Assembly: GCA_965277805.1 (NCBI GenBank)
Contig: OZ255842.1
Span: 32,001 to 96,000 of the forward strand
Reading direction: 5' to 3'
DNA length: 64,000 nt
From: Candidatus Lustribacter sp.
GTDB lineage: Bacteria; Vulcanimicrobiota; Vulcanimicrobiia; Vulcanimicrobiales; Vulcanimicrobiaceae
The translations under genes were made by a program, and so were the position numbers. Of the stretch, positions 48,445 to 58,195 are shown piece after piece (the stretch's first letter is position 1; each line of letters opens with the position of its first letter). A model generated the notes under the pieces. That model did not search any database. It was not told the DNA's origin and saw nothing but the letters and a program-made list of their open reading frames with translations.

Positions 48445-49851
48445 ATGCTACGCAGTCAGCGCGCGCTTGTGGCCGCGGTGCTAAGCGCCGTGGCCTTTAC
48501 GGCGTGCGGCCACGGGGCGAGCGCCCCCGCGCAGACGCCGCTCGCGGTGGATGTAACCAAGGCGCAGCGTCAGGACATCGGGACCTATCTCTCGCTCGAC
48601 GGTCAGATCACGCCGCTGCAGCAGTCGACGCTCTCGACGCCGCAGTCCGGCACGGTCACGGCGGTCTATGCGAACGAGGGCCAGCGCGTGACCGCGGGCG
48701 AGCTGCTCGCTAAGCTCGACGACTCGACGCTACGCGCGCAACTCGCGCAGCAAGAAGCTCTGGCGTCGCAAGCGCAGGCGCAGCTCAGTGGTCAGACGCT
48801 GCAGGGCAACGTCACGCCCTCGCAAGCGCAATCGACCGTGGCGACGGCAACGCAGCAACTCGCGACCGCGAAGAGCAACCTCGCCACGGCGAAAGAAGCG
48901 CTGGTCAACGCGAAGCTCGTCAACGAAGGCAACGAGACGCTCTATAAACAAGGCTACGTCGCGCAGACCACGCTGACCGCGTCGCGCGCTGCGTACGTGC
49001 AAGCGCAAGAAACCGTCGCCAGTTCGCAAGCGGCCGTGGAGCAAGCCACGGTTGCGCTCGCGAACGCGAACGCAACGGGCACGAACGCGGTACCGATTCA
49101 AAATCAAGTTATTCTGGGCGCGCGCGCCACGCTAAAGTCGGCGCAGGCGCAAGTGCGGCTGCTGCAGACGCAGATCTCGCAGTCATCCTTGTATGCGCCG
49201 TTCGACGGCGTGATCACGCAACGGCTGCTCGATCCGGGCGGCTTCGCCAGTCCGAATCAACCGATCATGCAGATCTCGCAAATCGCGCACGTGTACGTCA
49301 ACCTCAACGTGCCCGACAGCGATCTCGGCTACGTGCACAAAGGCACGCCGATAACATTCACCTCCTCGAGCGTGCCGGGCCGCACGTTTGCCGGTGCGGT
49401 CTACGACGTCAACGCGACGCCGACGACCGGCACGCTTTCGTACCGCGCGCGCATCGTGATGCCCAATCCGGACGACGCGCTGCGCGGCGGGATGCTGGTG
49501 TCGGTTTCGGTGCGCACCCGGTATGCGCACGACGCGATCGTCGTGCCGCTGACGGCCGTCGTGCAGGGTCCGAGTGGTGCGGCCGTGTACACGGTTGCGC
49601 CGATGCCTGTTCCGCCGGGCGGTCCGCCCGCCGGCGCAAAGCCCGCTGCCCCCGCCGGGGCGCCGACGTTTGCGCAGGCCAAGCTCGTTCCGGTCACCGT
49701 TGGACTGCAGACCGACACGCAGGCACAAGTCACGAGCCCGCAGATTATGGCGGGAACGACGATCATCACGACGCGGCCGGACTCGCTTCAAGACAAGAGT
49801 ATGGTCGCGTACTCGCCCAGCGGGGCCCCGAAAGGCACTCAGGGCCCATAG
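48445..49851 (+). CDS. Efflux periplasmic adaptor (HlyD/RND MFP) lipoprotein
   Basis: Lipobox FTAC; GQRVTAGELLAKLD; long coiled coil; YAPFDGVI. Confidence 0.92.
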   Translation: MLRSQRALVAAVLSAVAFTACGHGASAPAQTPLAVDVTKAQRQDIGTYLSLDGQITPLQQSTLSTPQSGTVTAVYANEGQRVTAGELLAKLDDSTLRAQLAQQEALASQAQAQLSGQTLQGNVTPSQAQSTVATATQQLATAKSNLATAKEALVNAKLVNEGNETLYKQGYVAQTTLTASRAAYVQAQETVASSQAAVEQATVALANANATGTNAVPIQNQVILGARATLKSAQAQVRLLQTQISQSSLYAPFDGVITQRLLDPGGFASPNQPIMQISQIAHVYVNLNVPDSDLGYVHKGTPITFTSSSVPGRTFAGAVYDVNATPTTGTLSYRARIVMPNPDDALRGGMLVSVSVRTRYAHDAIVVPLTAVVQGPSGAAVYTVAPMPVPPGGPPAGAKPAAPAGAPTFAQAKLVPVTVGLQTDTQAQVTSPQIMAGTTIITTRPDSLQDKSMVAYSPSGAPKGTQGP

Positions 49852-49901
49852 GCCGATTCACCATAATGACTCGACCGATTTCATAGGAGCTGAACGAATC
49901 G

Positions 49902-51428
49902 ATGGCATCACGCACGCTGGCGGCCCTGGCGCTGTTCGCGCTGACCGCTTCTCCGTGGGGAGCTATGCCGGCCGGGGCGCAGGCCAAGATGGCCACGCCC
50001 ACGCCGACACCCGCCCCGTACGGTTCCCCGCTTCCCGCGGGGCCGTCCGGTCCGGCCGCCTTGCCGTCGCCGATCTCGAGCCTGCCGCCGGCGAGCCAGC
50101 CGGTGACGCTGCCCTATCCCGCCTACGGAACGCCCGTGCCCGGCGTGAATCGCGGCGTTCCCGCCGCCGGCATTCCGCAGGTCGTCTCGCTCGATCAGGC
50201 CGTGGCGATCGGTTTCGCGCGCTCGCCGCTGCTCGCGTCGGCGCGCGCCACGATCCAGATCGACCAAGCGCCGGTCGATCTCTCGAGGACTGCAGTTCTG
50301 CCGAACATCTCCGGCACCGCTTCGACCGCGCACGACTTCTCGCAAAACGCCTCCGACGGTCCGACCGGCCGCTCCAGCGGCGCGCAGGTTGCGGCCAATA
50401 GCCTTTCGATCGCGCTCAGGCAACTGATTTACGACGGCGGGAAAGTTGCCGCGCAGCTGCGGGCCGCGAAGGCGACCGAGAACGGCGCAATCGCGACCTA
50501 TAAACGGCAACTGCAAACCGTGGCGTACAACATTGCCAACGCGTATTACGCGGCGCTCTCCGCCCAGCGCGCGACGCAGATTGCAAACGAAACCGTCAAG
50601 CTCAACCAAGTCAATGCCGATCTCGTCTCGGCGCAGATTCAGGCCGGTACGACCGCGCGTTCGGATCTCTTGACGGCCGAGCTGCCGGTCGCGCAAGCCC
50701 GCGTCACGCTGGTCAAGGATCAGGGCGCGGAACTCTCCGCGCAGGCCGCGTTCGTGAACGCGATGGGTCTCGATGCGAACACCTACGTGCTGCCGCAAGA
50801 CGACGGCAACGTGCTGGCCGGTGCCAGCGGCGCGCCGCAGGTCGCCGTGCCGACCTATCAGGTTGCGATCACGCGCGCCTACATGCTGCGGCCGGACTTT
50901 ACCGCAACGCAACTCGCGGTCTCGAGCGCGCAGGCCTCGCTCAAAGCGGCCGGCCTCGGACTGGTTCCGAACCTCAACGGCAGCGGTAGTTACGGCACCT
51001 CGTCGACCGACGTCAACGGCGGCACGTTCCGCAATTCCGGTTCGCTCGGCCTCACGCTGACGATCCCGATTTTCGATCAAGGCATCACGCACGCGCAGGT
51101 CGAGCAGGCGCGCGGGCAACTCGCTGCAGCAAATGCCACGGTCGAGTCGGCGCGCGAGAACATCCAGCTCAACGTCAAACAGACGTTGGTGAACCTGGTG
51201 TCGGCCAATGCGACCTTCCAGCAGACGCAAGCCGAACTCGAGAACGCGCGCGAAGTGCTGCAGGCGACGCAGGCGCAGTACGCGGCCGGCGTCACCACGC
51301 TGCCGCTGCTGCTCAACGCCGAAGTCGGGCTGACGCAAGCGCTCGTCGACCAAGTCAACGCGGTGTATACCCTGCGCCAAGCCGAAGCGGCGTTTCTGTT
51401 CGCCGAGGGTGCCAACGCTCCGGCGTGA
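49902..51428 (+). CDS. TolC family outer membrane efflux protein
   Basis: QLIYDGG, LTIPIFDQG, YAAGVTT repeats. Confidence 0.92.
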   Translation: MASRTLAALALFALTASPWGAMPAGAQAKMATPTPTPAPYGSPLPAGPSGPAALPSPISSLPPASQPVTLPYPAYGTPVPGVNRGVPAAGIPQVVSLDQAVAIGFARSPLLASARATIQIDQAPVDLSRTAVLPNISGTASTAHDFSQNASDGPTGRSSGAQVAANSLSIALRQLIYDGGKVAAQLRAAKATENGAIATYKRQLQTVAYNIANAYYAALSAQRATQIANETVKLNQVNADLVSAQIQAGTTARSDLLTAELPVAQARVTLVKDQGAELSAQAAFVNAMGLDANTYVLPQDDGNVLAGASGAPQVAVPTYQVAITRAYMLRPDFTATQLAVSSAQASLKAAGLGLVPNLNGSGSYGTSSTDVNGGTFRNSGSLGLTLTIPIFDQGITHAQVEQARGQLAAANATVESARENIQLNVKQTLVNLVSANATFQQTQAELENAREVLQATQAQYAAGVTTLPLLLNAEVGLTQALVDQVNAVYTLRQAEAAFLFAEGANAPA

Positions 51429-53079
51429 TCCCCGGCAACTAGGACTCCTCACGTTCGCACTCGCCGCGCTCGTGCTCGGCGGGTGCACGCGCGTGGGGGT
51501 GAACGGGAAAACGCCCGACGGGCGCAATCCCTGGACGAATCCGGATGTGTTGACGATCGCAACGCAGGCGGATCCGCGCAATCTCAATCCCGCCCTCGCG
51601 ACGGGCGATCCGACCGGCGAGCTCTCGATGTTCATGTTCTCGTACACGGTGCGGTACGACGAGCACGCGCGGCCGGTGCCCGATGCGGTGACGGAAGTTC
51701 CGACGATCGCGAACGGCGACGTCTCGCGCGACGGATTGACCTTGCGCTACAAGCTGCGGTCGCACATGCTCTGGCACGACGGCGTGCCCGTGACGTGCGC
51801 GGATCTCGCGTTTACCTGGCGCGTGATGATCAACCCGCACAACAACGTTATCACAAGCGACGGGTTCAAGGACATCCGCAGCATCGATTGCCGCAACCCG
51901 CTGGTCGCGGTCGTGCACATGCGGCGGCTCTATGCGCCGTTTCTCCAGCAGCTGTGGGGCGTGAACGGCGGCCCGATCTTGCCCGCGCATTTGCTCGCGC
52001 GCTACAACGACGACAACGGTTCGTTCAACAACGCGCCCTACCAGTCGGCGCCGATCGGCAGCGGTCCGTACCGGTTCGTGAAGTGGATTCGCGGTTCGGA
52101 GATTCGCATGGAGCGGTTCGACGACTTCTACCTCGGCAAGCCGCCGATCCGCGAAGTGGTCTACAAGATCGTTCCCGACGACAACACGCTCGCCACCGAA
52201 ATGGAAACGCACGAGATCGATCTGCTCTTTCACGGCCAGGGGAACACCTGGAACCGGCTGCGCAAGATTCGCGGTACGATCGCCATCGCGCCGCCGATCT
52301 TTTCTTACACCCACATCGACTTCAATTTGCGGCGACCGGTCTTTGCCGACCGGCGCGTGCGCGAAGCGCTCGAATATGCGCTCGACCGGCCGGCGATCTT
52401 GCAGAAAGCGCAGCACGGGCTCGGCGATCTCGCCGAAGCGGATCAGTCGCCGGTCATCGGCACCGCGTACGATCCGACCGTGCCCAAGCATCCCTACGAT
52501 CCGGCACGTGCGCGAGCCGAGCTCGATGCGGCCGGCTGGCATACCGGACGCGACGGCATCCGTATTCGCAACGGCGTGCCGCTGGCGTTCACGATGACGA
52601 CGGCGTCCGAGGTGGCCGAGAACGCGCAGATCGAAACGCTCGTACAGGCATATTGGCGGGCCGTCGGCGCCGAGCTGACCATCAAGAACGCCCCGACGAG
52701 TGCGTTTTTCGACAACACCTCCGCGGGCGTACTGCAAGGCGGCCACTACGATACTGCGGTGTTTACCTGGGCGGGCACGGCCGATCCCGACGACAACCAG
52801 ATCTATTCGGGCGACGAGTTCCCGCCGCGCGGATCGAATAATTTATTCTGGAACGATCGGGCGGCGACGGCCGCGATGAGCGATGCGCTGCAGACCGTTG
52901 ACATGCGGCGGCGGATCGCCGACTATCACGTCGTGCAGCAGCGAATCACCCGCGAGGTGCCGACGATCGTCCTCTGGTTCCGTCACGAACCGCAAGTCTA
53001 CAACAGCGATTTGAAAAACATGACCGCGACGCCCGTGCTCACGACGCCGTTCTGGAACACTTGGCAGTACGCATTGTGA
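51409..53079 (+). CDS. Peptide ABC transporter substrate-binding lipoprotein (family 5)
   Basis: LGGC lipobox; WHDGVPVT; PIGSGPYRF; RVREAL..ALDR. Confidence 0.92.
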   Translation: MPTLRRDPRQLGLLTFALAALVLGGCTRVGVNGKTPDGRNPWTNPDVLTIATQADPRNLNPALATGDPTGELSMFMFSYTVRYDEHARPVPDAVTEVPTIANGDVSRDGLTLRYKLRSHMLWHDGVPVTCADLAFTWRVMINPHNNVITSDGFKDIRSIDCRNPLVAVVHMRRLYAPFLQQLWGVNGGPILPAHLLARYNDDNGSFNNAPYQSAPIGSGPYRFVKWIRGSEIRMERFDDFYLGKPPIREVVYKIVPDDNTLATEMETHEIDLLFHGQGNTWNRLRKIRGTIAIAPPIFSYTHIDFNLRRPVFADRRVREALEYALDRPAILQKAQHGLGDLAEADQSPVIGTAYDPTVPKHPYDPARARAELDAAGWHTGRDGIRIRNGVPLAFTMTTASEVAENAQIETLVQAYWRAVGAELTIKNAPTSAFFDNTSAGVLQGGHYDTAVFTWAGTADPDDNQIYSGDEFPPRGSNNLFWNDRAATAAMSDALQTVDMRRRIADYHVVQQRITREVPTIVLWFRHEPQVYNSDLKNMTATPVLTTPFWNTWQYAL

Positions 53080-53435
53080 AAGGCGCAGCACCCCCGGGCG
53101 GCAGCGTCGTCTGCGCACTGGACGAGGTGGCCGACGGCGCGTCGCGCGTCATCACGTTTGCCGACGGGTTCGAACTGATCGTCGTGCGCACGGCCGAGGC
53201 GGTGTTCGGCTACGTCAACGAGTGCAAACATTTGCAAGTGGGGCTGAACTTGCTCGATGACCACGCGTGCGAGACCAACGCCGGCACGATCCTCTGCCAG
53301 TATCACTACGCGACGTATCGCTTCGAAGACGGCTACTGCATCGCCGGACCGTGTCAGGGCGATTCGCTGACCGCGGTGCCGCTGGCCGTGCGCGCGGGGC
53401 GCATCGTGATCGCGACCGGATCGGCGGCGAAGTAA
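53076..53435 (+). CDS. Rieske (2Fe-2S) ferredoxin
   Basis: NECKH..LCQYH; GPCQG; GTGA overlap. Confidence 0.85.
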   Translation: MKGAAPPGGSVVCALDEVADGASRVITFADGFELIVVRTAEAVFGYVNECKHLQVGLNLLDDHACETNAGTILCQYHYATYRFEDGYCIAGPCQGDSLTAVPLAVRAGRIVIATGSAAK

Positions 53436-54841
53436 GCACCGGCGGCGAGTAACGCGCAGCCGAGCAGCGGGATCGCGCGCAAAACGCCCCACGCGACGGC
53501 AACGCCGTTGAGGCCCGCGCGTTGCTGTTCGGCCGCCCAGACGGCGCTGGCATCGAGATTTGCTGCGGCGTGGAAGGCGCCCAGCGCGTCGGGCCACGCC
53601 GGCGCCCGGAAGGCCAGCGCGACCGGCACGGCGATCGCGGCGACCACCGCGGACGCGATCAGCGGTGGCAGCGGCGTGCTCGCGCGCAGCGAGCGGTTCG
53701 GCAGCGCCGCGAATGCGCACGCGACCGCGAACGCCAGCACGACGGTTTGGGCCGCGAACGACGGCCGCTGCGCGATGCCGAGCCAGTCGACGAGCGTGCA
53801 CGCGGCCGCGATTCCGGCCAGCGCGCGCACGCGCGCGTTCGCCGATGCGGCTAAGACGATCGCGGGAATCAGCTCGATGACGAAGTCGTGTTCGTGAAAG
53901 AACGGCACGGCCCACGGCAACAGGGCGATCGCGAACGCGGCGGCCAAGCGCGGCTGCGCACGCAGGCGAATAGCGATCGCCGCGACGCACGCGACGGTCA
54001 CGAAGGCCAGGGAATTGCCCGCCAGCTCGGCCAGTCGCCGGCCGGCACCGAACGAGACGGCGATCGCGGGCACGCTGTACTGGATGAGGATAAAGCGTTC
54101 GCTCGCGGTGTGTTCGCCCAAGCGCTGCAAGTACGTCGGCAGCGCGGCGCCGCCGCCGCCGGCAACGAACGTAACGGCAAAGAAGACGGCGGCTGCGGCC
54201 CCGAGCAGCAGCGCGCTGCGCCGGTCGGTTAGGCGGACCGCGAGCGGCAGCGCGAGATTCGGCTGAATCGCCGCGCAGAATGCCGTGACGATCGTCCAAG
54301 CGGAGCGGCGCTCGAGCGCGAGCAGCGTACACGCCACGGCGGCCGCGGAGACGAGCGCGACTTGTCCGAGCGCGAGATCGCTGATCGCTGGTCCGGCGAC
54401 GGCGGCGAAGATCACGGCGCTCGCCGCGCGCGATGCGGTGAGGCGCACGTGCGCGAGCGCGGCGGCGGCGATGCCGAGCACGAGCAGCGCAAGCGCGAGC
54501 ACGCCCATCCAGACGATGCGCGCGGCGTCGAACGGCAGGCGAGCCAAGAGCGACCACAACGTCAGCGAGGCCGCCGGTCCGACGAACGGCAACAGCTCAT
54601 CGCGCGTTGCATCGACGCCCGGGATCGTGCGCTCCGTTTGCCACACGTCGCGCGACCATGGATCGCCGCCGGCATTCCACGTTGCGCCCGCGGCGTAGTA
54701 GGCCTCGAAATCGCGCGCAAACGGACCCGAGGTGGGCGCGGGGCGGAAGACCGTTGCGGCCAGCGCCGCGAGCACGAGCGCGAGAAGCGCGAACGCGCTA
54801 CGGCGTCTCGGCGTAGAGCACCAGCCGGCTGACCGTCCCAT
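53354..54841 (-). CDS. GT87 (DUF2029) polyprenyl-sugar glycosyltransferase-like membrane protein
   Basis: RDFEAYYAAG..GGDPW; PFVGP; LGQ; HEHD; many TMs; start uncertain. Confidence 0.75.
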   Translation of the reverse strand: MGRSAGWCSTPRRRSAFALLALVLAALAATVFRPAPTSGPFARDFEAYYAAGATWNAGGDPWSRDVWQTERTIPGVDATRDELLPFVGPAASLTLWSLLARLPFDAARIVWMGVLALALLVLGIAAAALAHVRLTASRAASAVIFAAVAGPAISDLALGQVALVSAAAVACTLLALERRSAWTIVTAFCAAIQPNLALPLAVRLTDRRSALLLGAAAAVFFAVTFVAGGGGAALPTYLQRLGEHTASERFILIQYSVPAIAVSFGAGRRLAELAGNSLAFVTVACVAAIAIRLRAQPRLAAAFAIALLPWAVPFFHEHDFVIELIPAIVLAASANARVRALAGIAAACTLVDWLGIAQRPSFAAQTVVLAFAVACAFAALPNRSLRASTPLPPLIASAVVAAIAVPVALAFRAPAWPDALGAFHAAANLDASAVWAAEQQRAGLNGVAVAWGVLRAIPLLGCALLAAGAYFAADPVAITMRPARTASGTAVSESP

Positions 54842-55370
54842 CGTTGCCCATGGCGTAGGCGACACCGTTGGGATAGCGGATTTCGAAGGCGTGTTTGTAC
54901 ACGGCGGTTCCCGGACCACCGACCGCTTCGACGAAGCGCCCGTCCAAGCTGATGATGCCCATGCCGATCCGCACCTCGCCCGGCACGAGTCGAAATTCTC
55001 CGAGATCGCGCGGCGCGAGCTTCGGCGCCGCGTCCGTTTGCGGCACGTAGTACTCGACGCCGACCAGCAGATCGTCCTTGTAGAACGCGCTGAGCAACCT
55101 GCGCTCGTTGTTTTCGCGCAAGCCGTACGTGTCCCAACCCTTGGCCGGATACGCGAAGCCGGTACCGAGCTCGCGGATGACGTCCTTGCGTTTGGTCACG
55201 CCAGTCTGGAAGCGAATGTTCTCGTTGAAGAGGATCACCGGCACGTCGATCGGCGGCGGCGGAACGTTCGGCTGTTTGAGCCGTTTCTCGGCAATTTGCG
55301 CGAGAATTTCGACCGCCCGCACCATCGCGAAGTCCGGCGGCGGCTTGCCGCCCGAACCCTCGCTGCTCAT
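54798..55370 (-). CDS. Hypothetical protein
   Basis: ATGA overlap with upstream protease gene; normal composition. Confidence 0.7.
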   Translation of the reverse strand: MSSEGSGGKPPPDFAMVRAVEILAQIAEKRLKQPNVPPPPIDVPVILFNENIRFQTGVTKRKDVIRELGTGFAYPAKGWDTYGLRENNERRLLSAFYKDDLLVGVEYYVPQTDAAPKLAPRDLGEFRLVPGEVRIGMGIISLDGRFVEAVGGPGTAVYKHAFEIRYPNGVAYAMGNDGTVSRLVLYAETP

Positions 55371-56212
55371 GCGCGCATCACGCGCGGATCGAAGTACGTC
55401 AAAACTGCGCCCGCGACCGCGACTGCGGCAGTGATGAAATACGCGGCGGCAATTGCCCAGCGCGATGCGGTCGGGACGGCGAAAAAGCGCGGGTCGACGT
55501 AGCCCGACAGCAGCGCGCGAATGCGCGGTACGGCCGCAAACGCTACGATCGCGACGAACAGCAAGCCGGCCCAGATGTGGAAGATCACGATGAACGCGAG
55601 AAACGCGAACGCGCCGAGAATCCACAGCCGCGGATCGATCGCGGCCGCAATGCCGCCGCCGTCGAGCGGCGGGACCGGCAGCAAGTTGAGCGCGTTGAGG
55701 AAGAAGCCCGTGTAGGCCACGGCAAACCAGAACGGCGAGTGCAAGTTGGTCGCAAGCGCGTAGCACAAGCCGGAGGCCAGTAATCCGTAGACCGGGCCGG
55801 CCAGTGCGGCGATCGCTTCGACCGTAAGGCTCGGCGCCGGGCCGCGCGCAGCGACGAACGCGCCGAGGCCGGGAATGAAGAACGGCAGGTCGGCTTTGAT
55901 GCCGAAGTTGCGGAAGGTGAAGAAGTGCCCGAGTTCGTGCACGAGGATCAGCAAGACGAACGCGACGCCGAACTTCCAGCCGAAGAAGAGCGCGTAGAAC
56001 CAGATCGAGAGGAAGAGCGCAAAGAACTTCGGCAGCAGCAAGAGCAGCTTGAAGTTGCCAAGCAAGAGCAGCGCGCCTTTGAACTTGGCCAGGAAGACCG
56101 CGATCGCACCGGCGACGCCGGCGCCGGTGCGCCAGGCAGCCTTGGGCTTCGGTTGAGGTGCGGCGGGTGGAAGATATTCGCCCTCGACGTCGGAAGGGCG
56201 TTGCTCGTGCAT
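55367..56212 (-). CDS. Site-2 protease (peptidase M50)
   Basis: HELGH; AGP; NLLPVPPLDGG. Confidence 0.93.
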   Translation of the reverse strand: MHEQRPSDVEGEYLPPAAPQPKPKAAWRTGAGVAGAIAVFLAKFKGALLLLGNFKLLLLLPKFFALFLSIWFYALFFGWKFGVAFVLLILVHELGHFFTFRNFGIKADLPFFIPGLGAFVAARGPAPSLTVEAIAALAGPVYGLLASGLCYALATNLHSPFWFAVAYTGFFLNALNLLPVPPLDGGGIAAAIDPRLWILGAFAFLAFIVIFHIWAGLLFVAIVAFAAVPRIRALLSGYVDPRFFAVPTASRWAIAAAYFITAAVAVAGAVLTYFDPRVMRA

Positions 56213-56236
56213 CAACCGGTGGTTCTCCCTGAGCCC

Positions 56237-56776
56237 GTGAGGCTCCGCGATTGGCGCCCGGTCTGTCCGGCGGGAGAGTTGCGCTCGATCTCCCTCCACT
56301 GGACCGCCCATGACTACGAGGCGGTTTTCCCCGTCTACCACTTCTGCCTGCGCGGAGTTTCCGACGTCGTCGTGGTGCAGACGCACGATCTGCGCGCGAA
56401 CATGCGCGACCTGCGCCGCGACCCGGCGAGCCCCTACGCCGCGCACACGCTCGGGCGAAACTCGTGGTCGATCGGCCTCGCCGTGTGCGGCATGGCCGAT
56501 GCGCGGCCCTCAGACTTCGGCCGCTACCCGCTCGCCGCCATGCAAATCGACGCGTTGTGCGTCGTCGCCCGCACGCTCGCCGATGCATACAACATTCCGC
56601 TCGCCGCGATTCGCACCCACGCCGAAGCGGCGCTCGAAGATGGGTACTTCGGTGCGGATGACGACGACTTGCGCTGGGACATCGCGCGCCTCCAGCCGCG
56701 CCCCGAGCCGCTCGCCGAGTTCGAGGCGACGGCGACCGGCGATCAGTTGCGCGCACGCATCGCCGCCGTACGCTAG
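56237..56776 (+). CDS. N-acetylmuramoyl-L-alanine amidase (Amidase_2)-like protein
   Basis: ISLHWTA, YH, AHTLGRNSWSIG, IRTHAE. Confidence 0.75.
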   Translation: MRLRDWRPVCPAGELRSISLHWTAHDYEAVFPVYHFCLRGVSDVVVVQTHDLRANMRDLRRDPASPYAAHTLGRNSWSIGLAVCGMADARPSDFGRYPLAAMQIDALCVVARTLADAYNIPLAAIRTHAEAALEDGYFGADDDDLRWDIARLQPRPEPLAEFEATATGDQLRARIAAVR

Positions 56777-56777
56777 C

Positions 56778-56897
56778 GTGCCGCCGAAAGTGGCCGCCGC
56801 GCTGTTGTGGCTGGCGCTCGCCGCAGGTGTCGCGCTGATCGCGATCATGACCTGGCATCCGTGGACGTGCACGTGGACCGGCCGATGCGGATCCTAA
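56778..56897 (+). CDS. Possible 39-aa single-TM peptide
   Basis: VPPKVAAALLWLALAAGVALIAIMTWHPWTCTWTGRCGS fills the gap between amidase and ndh. Confidence 0.45.
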   Translation: MPPKVAAALLWLALAAGVALIAIMTWHPWTCTWTGRCGS

Positions 56898-58195
56898 TCC
56901 TCGGCGCCGGTTTTGCGGGCGTCGCCACCGCCCGGGCGCTCGAGCGCTGTTTGCGCGCAGACGAAGCGGAAATCACGATCGTGGGGCGCGACAACTTCTC
57001 GCTATTCACGCCGATGCTGCCGGAAGTGAGCGCGGGCGGACTCGAGACGCGCCACGTCGTCACGCCGGTGCGCGCCGAGTTGCACCGCGCGCAGTTCGTC
57101 CTCGGCGACGTCGTCGCGATCGATCTGGATGCGCGTACGGTAGAGGTGCAGCACAACATCGACGGCGCCAAACAAACGTTGGCCTACGATCAGCTCGTAT
57201 TCGCGTTGGGCAGCGTGACCTCGACGTTCGGCATTCCGGGCGTGGCGGAACATGCGTTGCCGCTCAAGACCCTCGAAGATGCAGAGCGCCTGCGCAATCG
57301 CGCGATCGCGAGCCTCGAGCTGGCCGACGTAACGAGCGATCCGGCCGAACGCGCGCGTCTGCTGACGTTCGTGATCGTCGGCGGCGGCTACACCGGCGCC
57401 GAAGGCGCGGGCGAATGGATCGATCTGTTCCACTCGATCACGCCGTACTACCGCTCGATCGCGCCGCGCGAGGTGCGCATCGTGCTGATCGAGGCGGGGC
57501 CCGTGCTGCTGGCCGGTCTGCCGCCCGCGATGGGCCGTTACACGATGAAGAACCTCACCGCGCGCGGCGTCGAGGTGCACTTGGGCGACGCCGTGACCTC
57601 ACTCGACGAGCGCGGCATCCACTTGGCAAGCGGCACGGAGATTCCGACGGCGACCGTGCTGTGGAGCGCGGGCGTGCGTCCCTCACCGGTCGTGCGCGAC
57701 TTGCCGTTGACGCATGCGCGTAACGGCGCGATCATGGTGAATCGCGACTTCTCGGTGCCGGATCGCCCCGGCGTGTGGGCGCTCGGCGATTGCGCGTGGA
57801 TCCCGATGAAAAATGCCGGCGAGTACTACCCGATGACGGCGCAGCACGCGATTCGCGAGGGGCCGGCGCTCGCCAAAAATATCGCTGCCGTCGTGCGCGG
57901 CGGCGCGACGAAACCGTTCGACTTCACCGCGCTCGGCACGATGGCGTCGCTCGGCGCGCGCCGCGGCGTCGCGAGCCTCGCAGGCGGCCTCGTCATCACA
58001 GGATTCCCGGCGTGGTTCTTGTGGCGCACGTACTACCTATCGCGTTTGCCGGGACTCGATCGGAAGGTACGCGTTGCGCTCGACTGGACGCTGGGCTTGT
58101 TGTTCCGGCGCGATATTGCGGAGCTGCGCGTCTACACGCAACGCGCCCGGGAGCGCGCTGCGCGAGACGCGGGATTAGATCCGGAGTCGAGTTAG
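56885..58195 (+). CDS. ndh: Type II NADH dehydrogenase-family FAD oxidoreductase
   Basis: GAGFAG; FTPML; VGGGYTG; WSAGV; ALGD; AQHAIREG. Confidence 0.88.
   Translation: MRILILGAGFAGVATARALERCLRADEAEITIVGRDNFSLFTPMLPEVSAGGLETRHVVTPVRAELHRAQFVLGDVVAIDLDARTVEVQHNIDGAKQTLAYDQLVFALGSVTSTFGIPGVAEHALPLKTLEDAERLRNRAIASLELADVTSDPAERARLLTFVIVGGGYTGAEGAGEWIDLFHSITPYYRSIAPREVRIVLIEAGPVLLAGLPPAMGRYTMKNLTARGVEVHLGDAVTSLDERGIHLASGTEIPTATVLWSAGVRPSPVVRDLPLTHARNGAIMVNRDFSVPDRPGVWALGDCAWIPMKNAGEYYPMTAQHAIREGPALAKNIAAVVRGGATKPFDFTALGTMASLGARRGVASLAGGLVITGFPAWFLWRTYYLSRLPGLDRKVRVALDWTLGLLFRRDIAELRVYTQRARERAARDAGLDPESS

Noticed and set aside
54798-56858. 686-aa ORF as one gene
   Set aside because: Only the last 190 aa from ATG 55370 look real; the rest overlaps S2P and amidase
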